From the human T2T-CHM13v2.0 reference genome, Homo sapiens: DNA of 64,000 nucleotides. The DNA lies in assembly GCF_009914755.1 (NCBI RefSeq), contig NC_060929.1. One strand, given 5' to 3'. The notes beneath the pieces are model-generated. The model saw nothing but the letters and a program-made list of their open reading frames with translations. It searched no databases and was not told the DNA's origin. This document shows positions 40,257 through 55,148 of the stretch, one piece after another (the first letter of the stretch is position 1; each line of letters starts with the position of its first letter). A program made the translations under genes and the position numbers.

Positions 40257-41499
40257 GTAATCCCCAGGAATGACAGCACGTGTGTCATAAAACTAAAGAG
40301 TCAGTACTGTGTTCACCCAATCAAAGTATTTGAATTCTTGTTTCTAAGTGAATATGCAAATCGGCAGTAGCTTCATTTGTTATTTTACTTGTTCTTAGTC
40401 AGAATCGTAACCTTTCTTGCTACTCACATACATGGGGAAAAAATGCATGTATTTATCAAAATACAAACAGCTGCTTCTCTCTCCTCCCAGGCTAAGTTAG
40501 TTACCCGGGTCCCTCATTAGACTCTCAACTTACCACTTACCATAATTCTCCTTACTCATCAGTTTCATCTCTAGTCCAGGAGCTTGCTGATAAGAAAGTG
40601 TCTTGTTCTCGTATTCATTTTTTTAACCCCCCATTGTCTGATATACAGCTGCTTAAGGAAAGTTACTTAAATGACTGAATAAACAAATGATAACAGAAAA
40701 CATTTTAAAAAATTATGTCAATATCCATGAACAGACATAGATATAAAATCTACCATCTATGACTCTGTCAAGTTTCAATATTGTGTGTTCACAATTTTTA
40801 CTAGTGTGATCTTTTTCTTTGATTTTCAATCTAAGCCATCATCATGACTTGGCTACGCTGTCAGATGAGCCCATGTCGAGGTCCCCTTTTGCTTCGTTGC
40901 ATCTATTGCCCTGGATCAGGAAGGGCCATCGTGGAAGGAGCCCTGATGTGTTCTAATGAGGCTCTGTTTCAGAGCTGGTAGCTTTCACCCTGAGAGTTCT
41001 TCCTGTCACCCAGCGTGTTTCAGCCTAAGTGTTAGCCAGTTGGTGAATGAGATTTTGGAAAACTTCCAAGCCATAGTTAATTATGTGCTTTCCTGAAACT
41101 TGACTGTCCTTGCCATCTTCATGGATGCCTTCTCTCTATTTAGTAAGCAGTTTATTTTGCTTTTTTTTGGACATCTAACCTTATTTACAGTTTTCTTTTA
41201 TAAAATAGAAACGTGCCATGGTACCGAGGCAAATTACACATTGCATTAGATTTGTTCAAGCTCCAAAAAGGCAGCAAGATAACATATGTACCAGCACTCT
41301 GAAACTCTAAAAACTCCTACAACTAATGTATTATTTTTTATTAGTATTTTCTTTTTAATAAATGTTTGAGAATGTCTAGCTTTTAAACCTGTAACATTAG
41401 ACATTTCTGTGTTTTTTGGTGAGGATTTAATGAGATTTTCTATTTTGTTAACACAGAATAGGTTGCTTGTATGTATGTATGCTTTCTACACATTTATAG

Positions 41500-41500
<1 letters not shown>

Positions 41501-41540
<40 letters not shown>
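41501..41540. repeat. (TG)20 microsatellite
   Basis: Directly visible perfect repeat. Confidence 0.98.
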
Positions 41541-41546
<6 letters not shown>

Positions 41547-42579
41547 TGGTGTTTCAGTTCTTTCCTTTCATTCTGGTTTTGCTTGTTCGTGCCTACAGAG
41601 GATAAACTTTATGATAAAGCTGATACTTCAACTTAAAAAATGACAAGTCTGTGGGATTTTAGGGGGGCAAGGTGGATGGGCAGGAAAAAGAACAAGCCGA
41701 GGAAAAATTAAATAGCTCCCAAAGAGCATTTTACTTTCTGAAATATAATCCCAAAGGAAACTGCTATAATGTAAAAGAGTTAGGATAAGAACTCTTGATG
41801 TTAGATACATATAAGCTATGGTCAGAGGAGGTAAGAAATTGATGAGTTGCAGATAATATCAGCTGCTGTGTTGGAAAAAATTTCAGGAGTGAATTCTGAA
41901 ATGGAGTCCTCTGTTGGACATATACTTTAGCGGCCTCAATATTATTGATCTATTGAAGACAAAGAGGAAAACGTTCTGATCGGTATGCTAAGAAGAGTGT
42001 GTTTCCTGGGGAAGGCAGTCTCATGCTCCTGACTTTTCATTGCAATTGTGAAGCCCACCTAGGAAGACAGGTTTGAATTATTAAATAAACTGAGTTTTCT
42101 AGCCTTGAAGCAAAATTTTCAATATTCTGCAAATTTTACAACATCTTGTTTGTTAATACACATTTTCCCCTCCTGTTTAGAGACAGAAAGAAAAATAATT
42201 CATGTAGGAGTGAGAAAAGTCATCCATGATACTAACATTCAGTTGAATATATTAAGGTATAATGTGGGTTTTAGACAAGTCTTAAGAATTGGTTGCAGAA
42301 TTTGAATGGTTGGCCTGCTATTTTATATTATGTCAATCCCAAAATAATCCACAGAGAAAATTAATGTTGTTGTTAATATTTTAAATCTTTTTGGCTAGAT
42401 ATGCTGGTATAATGATAATTAAGTTTTCAACTCATACATGGAGACTTTTCACTTAAAACATCCTGTTTTCTTGTTATGACATGAATTTAATCTATTTTAA
42501 ATCCAGGAATAAAGTACAAAATATAGCATAGAGGAATAAGTGTTTTACTTTCTTGGAAGATACTCCAGCTATTAATAGT

Positions 42580-42790
42580 AGCTAAAGGTGAGGGTTGTGG
42601 AATAACACAGGCCTGAGATAAATCCTGACTTTTCTAACCAAATAATCTTGGCAAGCTATTTAACATCTTCAAATTATGGTCTCCCAACCTTTAAAATTGG
42701 AATAAAAATTGAATCCATCTGATGAGTTCGTTATAAAAATTGAACCAGAAAACATGTGGCAGTGTCTGAAATACTCTAAATATGTTGGAT
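42580..42790 (+). mobile_element. MIR
   Basis: AAATCCTGACT..ATCTTGGCAAGCTATTTAACATCT..TAAAATTGGAATAAAA core. Confidence 0.6.
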
Positions 42791-44019
42791 ATTTACATTG
42801 TTCCAGGAGCTCTATGTAGGACAGAGTAAAAAAGATAAAAATTTGTTTGACTCAAATACTATGAAGCCTTGCTCAGTCAGTAAGATAGGTCTAAAATATA
42901 AACTTCCTTCTTTTTATGATGATAAGTCTGTAAACATATTTTGATCCCACTTTTCTTTGGGTTGGAAGTCAGGCCTGGCATCACATAAGTTCCAGGAGAG
43001 ATAGAGGTGTGACGAGGTCTCCTTTCTGCTTTCACTGGAGTGCTCATTAGTGCCTGCTAATGAGAAAAGCTTAGGTCAGAAGCCAAAGAGAATATACCCT
43101 CAGTGTGGGAAATGGGAGAGGTCGAAAGGCCAAGGTGGGAAACCAGGGACCCAGGTCAAATCATGATGGTGGAAAACCCAGTGTCAAGAATTAGGTGGCC
43201 ACAAGCAGAAGGTGCACCTTCACAGAGAAGAGAAATGAGCACAAATTGTCACAGCTGGAATGAATTAAAACACTGTTCCTTGACACCAATCAGAATATCA
43301 TTAGAAGGGTTTCCTCTGGAGTTCAGGCAAAAAATTAATCTGAGGCATAAAAATGTTTTGATGCTAGATAATAGAAAAATATTGTTTTCAAAGCAGTATG
43401 CCTATATTACATGAAAATATTTGCCAAATGGAATGCAAACTAGAGGTAGGATCATGTTACAAATTGTAGTTGAAATTAAAAGATCCTGGTTTAAGATAGA
43501 TAGGTATTCTTTGGTGTACTCATGAATGCTTATACGCCTTGCACAAACAAATCCCTCAGTTCATGTCTGGGTTTAATTCACTCACTCATTCTTCACTCGT
43601 TTATTCATTCATTATTTTATTCTGTTAGATAACATGGTCATGCTATGATCTTTTCCTGTGAACTGTTTTTATTTTCACCTTCGTAGGTTGACATATTTGT
43701 TCTGCTTTGTTTCTGTTTTTCCTTGTAGCCAAGACAGAGAAATAAGTTCCCTATTCACAAACCATTTGATCACTGATGTTGGGTATATCTTTGTGCTATC
43801 ACGCTTGCCCTCTGAAATCCAGTTCTTCTCCACCCAACAGTCAGAAAGATAACTGTAAAACATGCACCCTGAGGTGCTTCCCGCTCTGCAGCCTAACACC
43901 TGCCATTCACTTTCCCATGGTCTCAGAAGAAAATCTAGACTATCTTCCTTGCCCTAGACATACATGCATGATTCTACTCATGCCTGGTCCTTGATCCCCA
44001 TAGCCTACCCCTCTCCTGC

Positions 44020-44455
44020 TTGCTAACCACTCTCCGCACAGCATGAATGAGTCTCTGTCTCTGTCTCTTCCTGGAATATTCCAGCTCTTCCTCAACCTGA
44101 CATGTCTGTGTCTGTCTGCTCTTCACCTGTGCTTCCCAAAGTGGACTTGTTTTCATCCTTCATTCGTATCTCAGCTCAGACATCTCATAATTAGGGAAGA
44201 CTTTTTTGAGTAGTGTATGTTACTCTGTCATCACCCCATTTATTGCCTTTATAATAGCATCTATCACAACATATTATTTTTGTTTATTGATTTAATTACT
44301 TTATTATGGTCTCTTTTGATACCATTAGCTAGTAAACTCCATGAGATTAAAGATTTTTTCTGTTTGCATTGTGACTCTATCCCTACGAATCAGAAAAGAA
44401 AATGGTTGGGAGTTGGTAGGTGATCAATAATATTTTTTAACAAATGAGTGAATAA
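44020..44455 (+). mobile_element. L2 3' fragment
   Basis: TCTCAGCTCAGACATC..GTAAACTCCATGAG..TCAATAA...AATGAGTGAAT end. Confidence 0.65.
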
Positions 44456-47400
44456 ACCAGCAGTCTCGTTGCCTCATTACTGTCCTTGCTCATGATCTTC
44501 CTTCATGCTTTGTGTTATTCCGTGTTTATTGAGGACCTGTCACATGAAAGGAAGTTGGATGCTGGGGACATACAGATTAATACTCACTTGGATTCCTACC
44601 CTTTATGATGGGGTTAACACATGGGTAGCTGCTTGCCTTGGTCAATCTCTGGAATGCTAAGTAAACAAAGATTCTGGGGCTGTGTCTCAACTCATGAAAG
44701 GATGCCAGCAGCATAAAGAGGGAAGAGAAAATACTCACGTCAGATGTACCACACCTGCTTAACAATGAAACAAACACATTTGCAACATTTTTCTTGTAGA
44801 AAAAAGTGGCTTTTGGTTAGTTCCTCTTATGTGCCATGCCACCTTTAGCCATAGAACTTTCTTGCACACGTGAAACTGACTCTGTTCCCTCATCCCCTCA
44901 TGCCATTTTCCCCTCGCAGTCCTCCAGAGGGTCCCTTCACCTAGTGGTCATCATTCTTGTCCCAAAGAGCTCTTCTTCAGGGATTCGTCCTCTGACCACC
45001 TCCCCACCCTCCTAAGACTAGCTAATTCTGTCCTACACTTTTCACGGCCCTCTGGACTTCCTCTTTAAAGGACTTAGTGATTGCGCATGTATCTGTGTTG
45101 TAAATCGATGAATGCCTGTCTCTCTAGGTGGACTGTAAACTCCATGAGGGCAAGTCTGTTTTTATTTTGCTCACTATGTTTAATACCAATGACATGGGAT
45201 CACACCATGTGTTTCCCTTGAAGACTCCTTATTGACAGAATATTATACTCATCCTGAAGCACCAAATCTAATACATTTTTTAACATTGCCCTTAATGATT
45301 TTGACACATTCTTTCTGCTGTGGTTTTGTGCTTATAGCTAGATATTTTAATTTCATCAAGTAAACAATTTTTTAAATCTGTAATAATAAATGGTTATGAA
45401 ACAGTGAGAAAAACACAGTGATAAATATATATTTGTACCACACAGCAACAGGTGTAATTGGTTTCGGCCCAGAAAGTTCCTACCTGTTGCTAAAAAGTGT
45501 TGGAAGTATCATTCAACTACTTTTGCTTATATTATTCACTATTAGTTCAATTTCTTTCACATCTTATATCATGGATATTAGCAATTAAAATTTTCCTTTC
45601 CAGAGAGAAAACACTGTATAAACAGATTTTTCCCCCTCATGCCAACTTATGTCTTCTCTCCCTCAAAATGTTTTAAGCATAAAAATTGCTTTTGTATCAA
45701 TTGAGTGATTTGGTTTACTTATCAGCTGATTTTTCCCAGCTTTTTTTTTCCTAAAGTAGAATCCGAAAGCCCCTTCCCATTTTTTTTAATGTGAATACGT
45801 GAATATGAACAAGCTACTTACACTTTCAGAGCGAGCTACTTACATTTATAACCTTGAGGTTGCCTTTGATCCTAAATCAGCTTTTAATTACCATTGTAGT
45901 TATATTGGGTGAAAAAAATGATTCTGTTATTTCCAGAACACAGCAAGGATATGACCAATACTATCTCATGAGTACAGTTATTTTAAGGCTTTTATTACTA
46001 ATTATAGTTGGTTTATTATAATTCATTGTTCACTGGCCTTTCTAGCTATTTACTTAAGGTTCTACTCAGCATTACAGCTGCAGAAGCAGCTGCTATTCCT
46101 CTGAGATTGTACAATTTCATGAAAGTAACAGGGCTCCTATTTGGAAGAGGGTGTTATTGGACTCAAGGGAGATGCTTCACTTGGTGTCCCCTGGAATGGG
46201 CTACAAGAGGGTGCATTATTCCCGACTCCAAGGAGAGGTTAAGCATGTAAAGAGGATGGTAGATGAACCCTTTAACCGTTATAAACAGATATGGAAGCAA
46301 TGAAATAGTTCATTTATCTATCTATTATTCATTTGGCTAGCTATCCATATCCAGTTTTCCCTGTGTATTAGATTCTTACGTATAAATAAATTTTCCTGAT
46401 TGATCAATTTCTAGTCAGCCCTCATTTCTTCTTTTGCAGGTGAGAAATAGAAGGTCTTTTAGGTTCCTATGCAATTTATTTATTCTGCAGACATTATTGA
46501 GCCACCTACTAATTGCCTGGAACAAATTTTGCACTCATGTAAACATTTTTTAGCAAGCAGACACAAAAATGGAGCATTCAATCTTTTTCTATAAACTCGG
46601 GTAATTTGTACTCTCTGGCTATTAGGTACTTTGACAACTGGCCACAGGAAAGTTTTCAACAATGTTCTGATAGCATGATCGACTAATTTTCTAATCGAAT
46701 CAGATAACAGAATCCTTCAGACTGTGGGGTGAGGTGGGCAAGAGAGAGTGTAGAATGCCATAGACTAAATGTATTTCTCTAAATGTATTAGGTTGCAAGA
46801 GTGGACAGATTCACTATGGTACACCCTGTTTATACAAGGGCAGGCTTTTCAGCCCCCCCATATTTTAAACTCCACACTTCACTCTTCACATACACCTAAT
46901 TCTAGTTAGTAAGTCCTCTAGTAAAGATTTAGACAGGGATATTTAAAATGCATGTCTTAGCTATCTGTAGATACCTGATTGAAATCTTCAAATGCTAGCT
47001 ATCTTTCAAGGGACTATGCATTTCTGATTAGACTAGATTAAACGTGGACTAACTTTTCCAAGAGAATGAACTCAATGCACAGGTCATTATATCCCACGGT
47101 CTCTACTGATGTATTTTAAAGTAAATTATAGGTAGTAAATTAATGTAAAGGGAAGCTGGCATCTCACTCCCTGCCTGGACACTTGCTGAATTACAGAATC
47201 AGCAGTCTTGCCACAGGGTTTCAAAGGGAGCAGAGCCAAGTAAGAGGCGGAGATCCTGGGAGAGCATCCCACACATGGAAACCACATACCAGCTGAGGCT
47301 ACAGCAGCAGACTACACCAAGCCAGAACATGACAGAAAGTATATCTTCACCAGAATCAGTGGAATTGTTTTGTTAAATAAGCCCTAATATGTCTCTAATC

Positions 47401-47629
47401 TCTTCCTCTAGACTTTAACTCTAGAAAGCTAGAACTAGAAGAAGGTAGGAGGAGAGCCAAAATAAAAACAATCAACAACAGATACAACCTGCCTTCTTCA
47501 TCCCACCTACCTCCAATTTAGGACCCTAAGTTGGAGGTTTACTTAGTGTCAGACTCAGGATCAATGCTCAGTTGGATGGTTCAAAGGAGTAAAATGGTCT
47601 GAAATACATTTGCTTGCTTGTAAGGTTTT

Positions 47630-49062
47630 TATTTGTCTGTTTTATTGTGATGAAACATACATAAAATTTACCATTTAACCATTTTTATGTGTACAGTTAA
47701 ATGGCATAAGTGCAGTCACTCATCATTGTGCAACCGTCACCACAACCTATCTCCAGAACTTTTTTATCTTCCCAAACTGAAACTTAATACCCAATAAACA
47801 CTAACTTCCCATTACCCCAGTGTCTGTCAACCACGCTTGTGCTCTCTGTCTCTATGAATGTGACTACTCTAGGTACTTTATATAGTTGGGATCATATAGT
47901 ATTTGTTCTTTCATGGCTGATTTATTTTACTTAGCATAATGTCTTCAAGGTTCACCTATGTTGTAATATGTGTCAGGATTTCCTTCCTTTTTAAGGTGAA
48001 ATAATGTTCCATTGCATGTATATTTCACATTTGTTTATCCACTTGATGAATACTTGGATTGTTTTTATGTTTTGGTTATCATGAATAATACTGCTAGAAA
48101 CCTGAGTGTACCAAAATCCGTTTGAGTCCCCGGTTTCAATTCTTTTGGTAGCATACCTAAAAGTGGAATTGCTGGATTATATAGTAATTCCAGGTTTATT
48201 TTATTTTATTTTTTTGAAGAGCCACAATTCCGCTTTCATGTAGGGCTGTACCATTTTACATACCCGCCAGAAATACACAAGGATTCCATTTTCTCCACTT
48301 CCTCATCAACACCTGTTGTTTTCTATTGTTGTTTTGTTTGTTTTTATAATGACCATTCCAATGGGTGTAAAGTGGTATCTCATTGTGGTTTTGATTTGCA
48401 TTTTTCTAATGATTAGGGAAATTACGTTGAGCATCTTTTCATGTGTTTATTTACATATTTTTTTGTTTTTTTGAAATACGTCCATTCAAGTCTTTTGTCC
48501 ATTTTTAAGTTGGATTTTGTTGTTGTTTTTGAGTTGTAAGAGTTCTTCATATATTCTAGATATTAATCACCTATCAGATACATGACTTGCAAATATTTTC
48601 TCCCATTCTGTAAATCGTCTTTTTACTCTGTTGATAGTGTCCTTTGATGCACAAAAGTCTTTAGTTTTGATGATGTCCAATTTATTTCTTTTGTCTTTTG
48701 TTGTCTGTGCTTTTGATGTCATATTCAGGAAGTCATTGCAAAGTCCACCATCATAAATATCTTTCCCCTTATGTTTTCTTCTAAGAATTCTATAGTTTTA
48801 GCTGTTAATGTTTAGGTCTGTGATCTACTTTGAGTTAATGTGTACCTATGGTATAAGGTAAGAGTTTAATTTCATTCTTTTGTATGTGGATATCCAGTTT
48901 CCCAGCACTGTTTGTTGAAAAGACTTTCCTTTTCCCATTAAGTGGTCTTGGTACCCTTACTGAAAAATTATTTGTCGGTATATGTGAGAGTTTATTTCTG
49001 GGCCCTGTATTTTATTCTATTAGTCTATATGACTGTCTTTATGCCAGCACCACACTATTTTG
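47630..49062 (-). mobile_element. L1MB (3'UTR + ORF2 3' end)
   Basis: AAAATTTACCATTTAACCATTTTTA..CTATCTCCAGAAC..CCCAAACTGAAAC 3'UTR; GTGGTATCTCATTGTGGTTTTGATTTGCATTT ORF2 antisense. Confidence 0.9.
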
Positions 49063-49299
49063 TTGTTTGTTTTTTAGTATATGACTGAAGAAAACAGCTA
49101 TGGAATTTGCCCAACATGTATGCTATATAATGGGAAAATGAGAAGAAAATATTGGGTAGTAAGAATAAAGCCAGTGATTTGGAAAAGTAAAAGTTATCTT
49201 TAAAAATAAAAATTAATTTTAATATATCGACTAGTTAGAACTCTTTGCATTGGTTAGCTTTTTAACACTGAAACTGCAAAGCGAACATAAACCACGGTG

Positions 49300-50262
49300 G
49301 CAAACATTAAACACTTAGTTGGCACACAACTCTGCTGGTTGACTTGGCACAGTCTATTCTAGCTAGGCTGGGCTGGTTTGGCTGTGGTGGCTCTGTTCCG
49401 TATGTCTCTCATTCTTCTCCTGAGACCAGAGGGCCAGGCATTGTAGGGGCCAAGGGAAAACTTCCCCTTCACCCTCTCAAATTTCACTAAAAATTCAACT
49501 ACAAAAGGCAGATTCACCATGGATAAAACAAGCAAACATTATTTTAATGTTCATAGTGTGGGAGAATCACAGGGGAATGATTGCCCAATAAACCAGTGGG
49601 GTACAGAAATTTATATACCCTTCCTTATAGGGAAGGGGAGAGATGGGGAATGTAGACAATGTTTTCGAGGGGCAGCAAATTGTTATTAGGAAAAAAGAAT
49701 GGACCTGGAAGACAGAAATTAACTTATAATTGATTCTCTTTGGAATTTGTATGAGCTCCAGAAACAGGCATCATCTTGGGGAAGAAGTCCATCCAGGTAT
49801 AATTGCATTGCTCAGTCTTCTTTCCTTGGTAGATAATGAGATTTCAGGGAGGGGATGGAAAGCATTTGTGTTCCTCTTTGGGGGTGTAATTTCTGAGTAG
49901 AAAAGGGAACTTCAGAGAATAGCCTTATCCTGTGCTTTGGGAGAGAGACAAAGGGTTGAAAGACAGGGGTGGAGGGCAAAGTCAAAGACACCTTGAGGCT
50001 GCTGCTTTACTTTAGTCATATTTTGGGGTGAAATATTCTGGTTTCCTTCAGCATGATCTTCTTATGAGATGTCAAAACCATAAGAGGCCAAATAGACATG
50101 AAGGATCCTTTTAAGGTCTCAGTTTAGAACTGTCACACTGCAATTTCTGCCTCATTCTATTGGTCACAGCAAATCCCATGGATGAACCCACTGTTAGCAG
50201 TTAAAAGTATTCTGTCTCGTTAACTGGAAAAGTAACAAGTTACCCTGCAAAGGGAGTGAATG
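49300..50262 (-). mobile_element. Old MLT1 LTR interrupted by ERV1 LTR
   Basis: GGCTCTGTTCCGTATGTCTCTCATTC before and GAACTGTCACACTG..CATTCTATTGGTCACAGCAAATCCCATGG after the nested LTR. Confidence 0.65.
49442..50050 (-). mobile_element. ERV1 solo LTR (MER34/MER39-like)
   Basis: TG...CA termini; perfect 4-bp TSD GCAT (49438-49441, 50051-50054); minus strand starts TGAAGGAAACCAGAATATTTCACCCCAAAATATG. Confidence 0.85.
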
Positions 50263-50555
50263 TAAGTCACCTAGACCAAGGTCCTTGTAGTTTCAAAGTC
50301 AAAACTTAACTCTCTTTTTACTCTGTATTTCATTTATAACTTTCCTTTATTGGAGAATAGACTATAAAGTCTAATTTAAGGTAAGGAGGGGAAATGGTAG
50401 AGTTTAAAACAAAAATTTTTTTCTTTGGCATATATGTTTGGATTCATTTTCATTAAATGTACAAATGCTGCCATTTCACTGCACACATGCCTGGTTTCCT
50501 TACTAATTGGGAACTACTTGAGGCCAGATCCCATGCCCTATTATCATAAAAAGTA

Positions 50556-51376
<821 letters not shown>

Positions 51377-51384
51377 TACTACTA

Positions 51385-51560
51385 CTAATAAGCAATATTT
51401 ATAAGGCATTTACCTTGTGCCAGGCCTTGTGCTAAATGCAGTACAAATTATTTTAAATCTCCAATCAACAGCCTGAAGCAAATAATAGAATCTTCATTTC
51501 ACACATGAGAAACAAAGGCACAAGGAAACTTAATTACTGGACAAATTCACACAGCTTCCT
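51385..51560 (-). mobile_element. MIR
   Basis: GTGCCAGGCCTTGTGCTAAATGC..CATTTCACACATGAGAAAC. Confidence 0.65.
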
Positions 51561-52200
51561 TATCTGGGAGCCACTTCTGAGTGGTAGATTGGTAAGTGCA
51601 CAGTGAGGGGAGGGCTGCCATGATGCAGGGGCATGGGACACTATTGTTGTCAACTGTCCCAAAATAAATGTTCCAAAGGTTAAAAAATAAAATACATTTC
51701 TCAGAAATAGTAGAGCACAGAAAAGTACATCAAAGCAATTATAAACAAAGCAAAAAAAAATCAATTCTATTTGATCCTCAACTTTATAAAATATTCACAA
51801 ATTATCCAATGGTATAAAAGTAATGAAAACTACAGACTCCACGTCTGGGAGAGGGACCTACCACTCTGATGGGCATTACTAAGAGACCCACCTCCCAGCT
51901 TTTTCTTTTTGTTATATTTTATTCTTTTTTGTTTGTTTGTTTGTTTTTTATTCCACCTAAGCTTTGGGTGCTTGGTAAATTTTGATTGAAGGAATAAATG
52001 TGATACATAATTTAAATGATTAAGACATGCTCTTATATTAAGATATACAAAACATCTCTTATGATCTAAAGTCCTCACATTTTTCTTTCACTAAAACAAA
52101 GTTTCAATAGCTTCACACTGAGTTATAATAAAATCTTTGGATACAGGTGCATCTTGTTTTGCCTGGGTTCATGACTTACAGACTTTTAAAAAATGGTTCT

Positions 52201-55148
52201 TGGAGTTGAGACCCAAAACTCCATACAAAGAATCAACAAAACCAAAAATTGGTTCTTTAAAAGTATACACAAAATGGAAAGACCACTAGCTAGACTAACA
52301 AAGAATAAAAAGAGAGAAGGTCCAAATAAGCACAATCAGAAATGACAAATATGGTAATTGATCCCTCAGAAATACAAAAGCTCCTCAGAGAATGTTGTGA
52401 ACACCTCTATGCACACAAACTAGAAAATCTAGAAGAAATGGATAAGTTCCTGGAAATACACAACCTCCCAAGATTGAATCAGGAAGAAGTTGCAACACTG
52501 AACAGACCAATATCAAGTTCCAAAATTGAATCATTAATAAAAAGCCTATATCAACCAAAAAAAGCCCTGGATCAGAGAGATTCACAGCTAAATTCTACTA
52601 GACACACAAAAAAGAGCTGGTACCGATTCTACTGAAACTATTCCAAAAAATCAAGAAGGAAGAACTCCTTTTAAACTCATTCTATGAAGCCAGCACCAAC
52701 CTGATAACAACCTGGCAAGGACACAATGAAAAAAGAAAACTATGGGCCAATATCCCCAATGAACATAGATGCAAAATTCCTCCACAAAATATTAGCCAAC
52801 CAAATCCAGTAGCACATCATAAAGTTAATTCATTACAATCAAATAGGCTTCATTTTTGAGATGCAAGATCATGTCAACATATACAAAACAATAAATGTAA
52901 TTCATCACATAAACAGAATTAGAAACAAAACCATGTGATCATCTCAATAGACACAGAAAAAGCCTTTGATAAAAATCCAGCATCTCTTCATGATAAAAAC
53001 CCTCAACAATTAGGCATAGAAGGAACATCCTCAAAGTCATAAGATCCATCTATAACATACCCACAGCCAACATCATACTGAGTGGGCAAAAGCCAGAAGC
53101 ATTCCCCTTGTAAATTGGAACAAGACGAAGATTCCCACTCTCACTACTCCTACTCAACATAGTACTGGAAGTCCTAGACAGAGCAATCAGTCAAGAAAAA
53201 GAAATAAAAAGTATCCAAGCAGGCAAAAAAGAACTTAAACTCTCTCTTTGCTGATGGTATAATTCTATACCTAGAAAACCCTAAAGACTCTGCCAAAAAA
53301 GCTTCTGGAACCAATAAACGACTTCAATAACGTTTCAGTATACAAAATCAGTGTGCAGAAATCAGTAGCATTTCTACATACCAGTAAGATTCAAGCTGAG
53401 AGCCAAATTAAGAATGCAATCCCACTTACAGTAGCCACATACAAAAAAGTGAAATACCTGGAAATACATCTTATTGGGAAGTGAAATATCTCTACAAGGA
53501 GAACTACAAAGCACTGCTGAAAGAACTCATAGATGACACAGAAAAATGAGAAAACATTCCATACTTACAAATTGGAAAAATCAATATCACTAAAGTGACC
53601 ATACTACCCAAAGTAATCCACAGATTAACAGCCATTCTTATCAGACTACCAATGTCATTTTTCACAGAACTAGAAAAAAGTATTCCAATATTCATATGAA
53701 ACAAAAAGAGACCAGCCAAACCAATCCTAATAGACCAAAGCCAGAGACATCACATTACCCGAATACACTATAAAGCTACAGTAACCAAAACAGTGTGGTA
53801 CTGGTACACAAACAGACACATAGACAAATGGAGAAAACAGAGAACACAGAAACAAAGCTGCACACCTAAAACCATCTGATATTTGACAAAGTTGAGAAAA
53901 ATAAGCAATGGAAAAAGGACTGTTTATTCAGTCAATAATGCTAGGATAGCTGGGTAGCTATACGTAGAAAAATAAAACTGAATCCCTTCCTTTCACCATA
54001 TACAAAAATTAACTAAAGGTGAATTAAAGATTTCCATGTAAGACCTCAAACTGTAAGAATTCTAGAAGAAAACCTAGGAAACACCATTCTGGTCACTGGC
54101 TTTGAAAAATAATTTATGACTAAGTCCTCAAAAGCAATTGCAACAAAAACAAAAATTGACAAGTGAGACCCAATTAAAGTTGAAGAGCCTTTGCATAGCA
54201 AAAGAAACTATCAATAGAGTCAGCAGACAACCTACAGAATGGGAGAAAAAATTCACCTACTATGCATTCAACAAAGATAATATCCAGAATCTATAAGAAA
54301 CTTGAATAATGCAACAAATAAAAAATAACCCTATTAAAAAGTGGGCAAAAGACATGAACAGACACTTCTCAAAAAAAGATATGTAAGTGGCCAACAAAAA
54401 TGAAAAAATGCTCATCTTCACTAATTATCAAATCAAATCAAAACCATAGTGAGATCAACTCACACCAATGAGACTGGCTTTTATTTAAAAATCAAAAAAC
54501 AACAGATGATGGTGAGTCTGTGGAGAAAAGGGAATGCTTATACACTGTTGGTGTAAACTAGTTCATCCCCTGTGGAAAGCAGTTTAGAGATTTCTCAAAG
54601 GACTTAAAAAAGAACTGTCATTCGACCCAGCAATCCCATTACTGAGTATATATCTGAAAGAAAAGAAATCATTCTACCAAAAAGACATATGCACTCGTAT
54701 GTTCATTGTAGCACTATTCACAATAGCAAAGACATGTAATCAACCTAGGTGCCCATCGATGGTGGATTGGATAAGGAAAATGTGATACATATTTACTATG
54801 GAATATTATACAGTCATAAAAAAGATTAAAATCATGTCCTTTGCAGCATGGGGGCAGCTGGAAGCTATTATCCTATGTGAATTAATGCAGAAAAAGAAAA
54901 TCAAGTACCACATGTTTTTACTTATAAGTGAGAGCTAAACAGTGGGCACTCAGGGACACAAAGATAGGAACGATAAACTCTGGAGACAACTAGAGGGGGG
55001 AAGGTTGAAAACTAATTGTTGAGTACTATGCTCACTATATGTATGATGGGACCATCCACATCCCAAACCTCAGCATCATGCAATATACCCATGTAACAAA
55101 CTTGCACATGTGCCTTCTGAATCTAAAATAAAAGTTGAAGATATAAAA
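52201..55148 (+). mobile_element. 5'-truncated L1PA15/16-like LINE-1 (~2.9 kb; decayed ORF2 Z/RT/C-terminus + 3'UTR)
   Basis: ORF 52342-52635 [27 protein letters not shown] matches L1 ORF2p; TTTGCTGATGGTAT at the FADD site is mutated; 3' end CTGAATCTAAAATAAAAGTTGAA; TSD AAA(A/G)AATGG(T/C)TCT at 52188-52200 and 55148-55160. Confidence 0.93.

Noticed and set aside
52342-52635. 97-aa ORF with real protein-like sequence
   Set aside because: Fragment of LINE-1 ORF2p in a 5'-truncated, frameshifted old L1PA; cannot encode an active reverse transcriptase.
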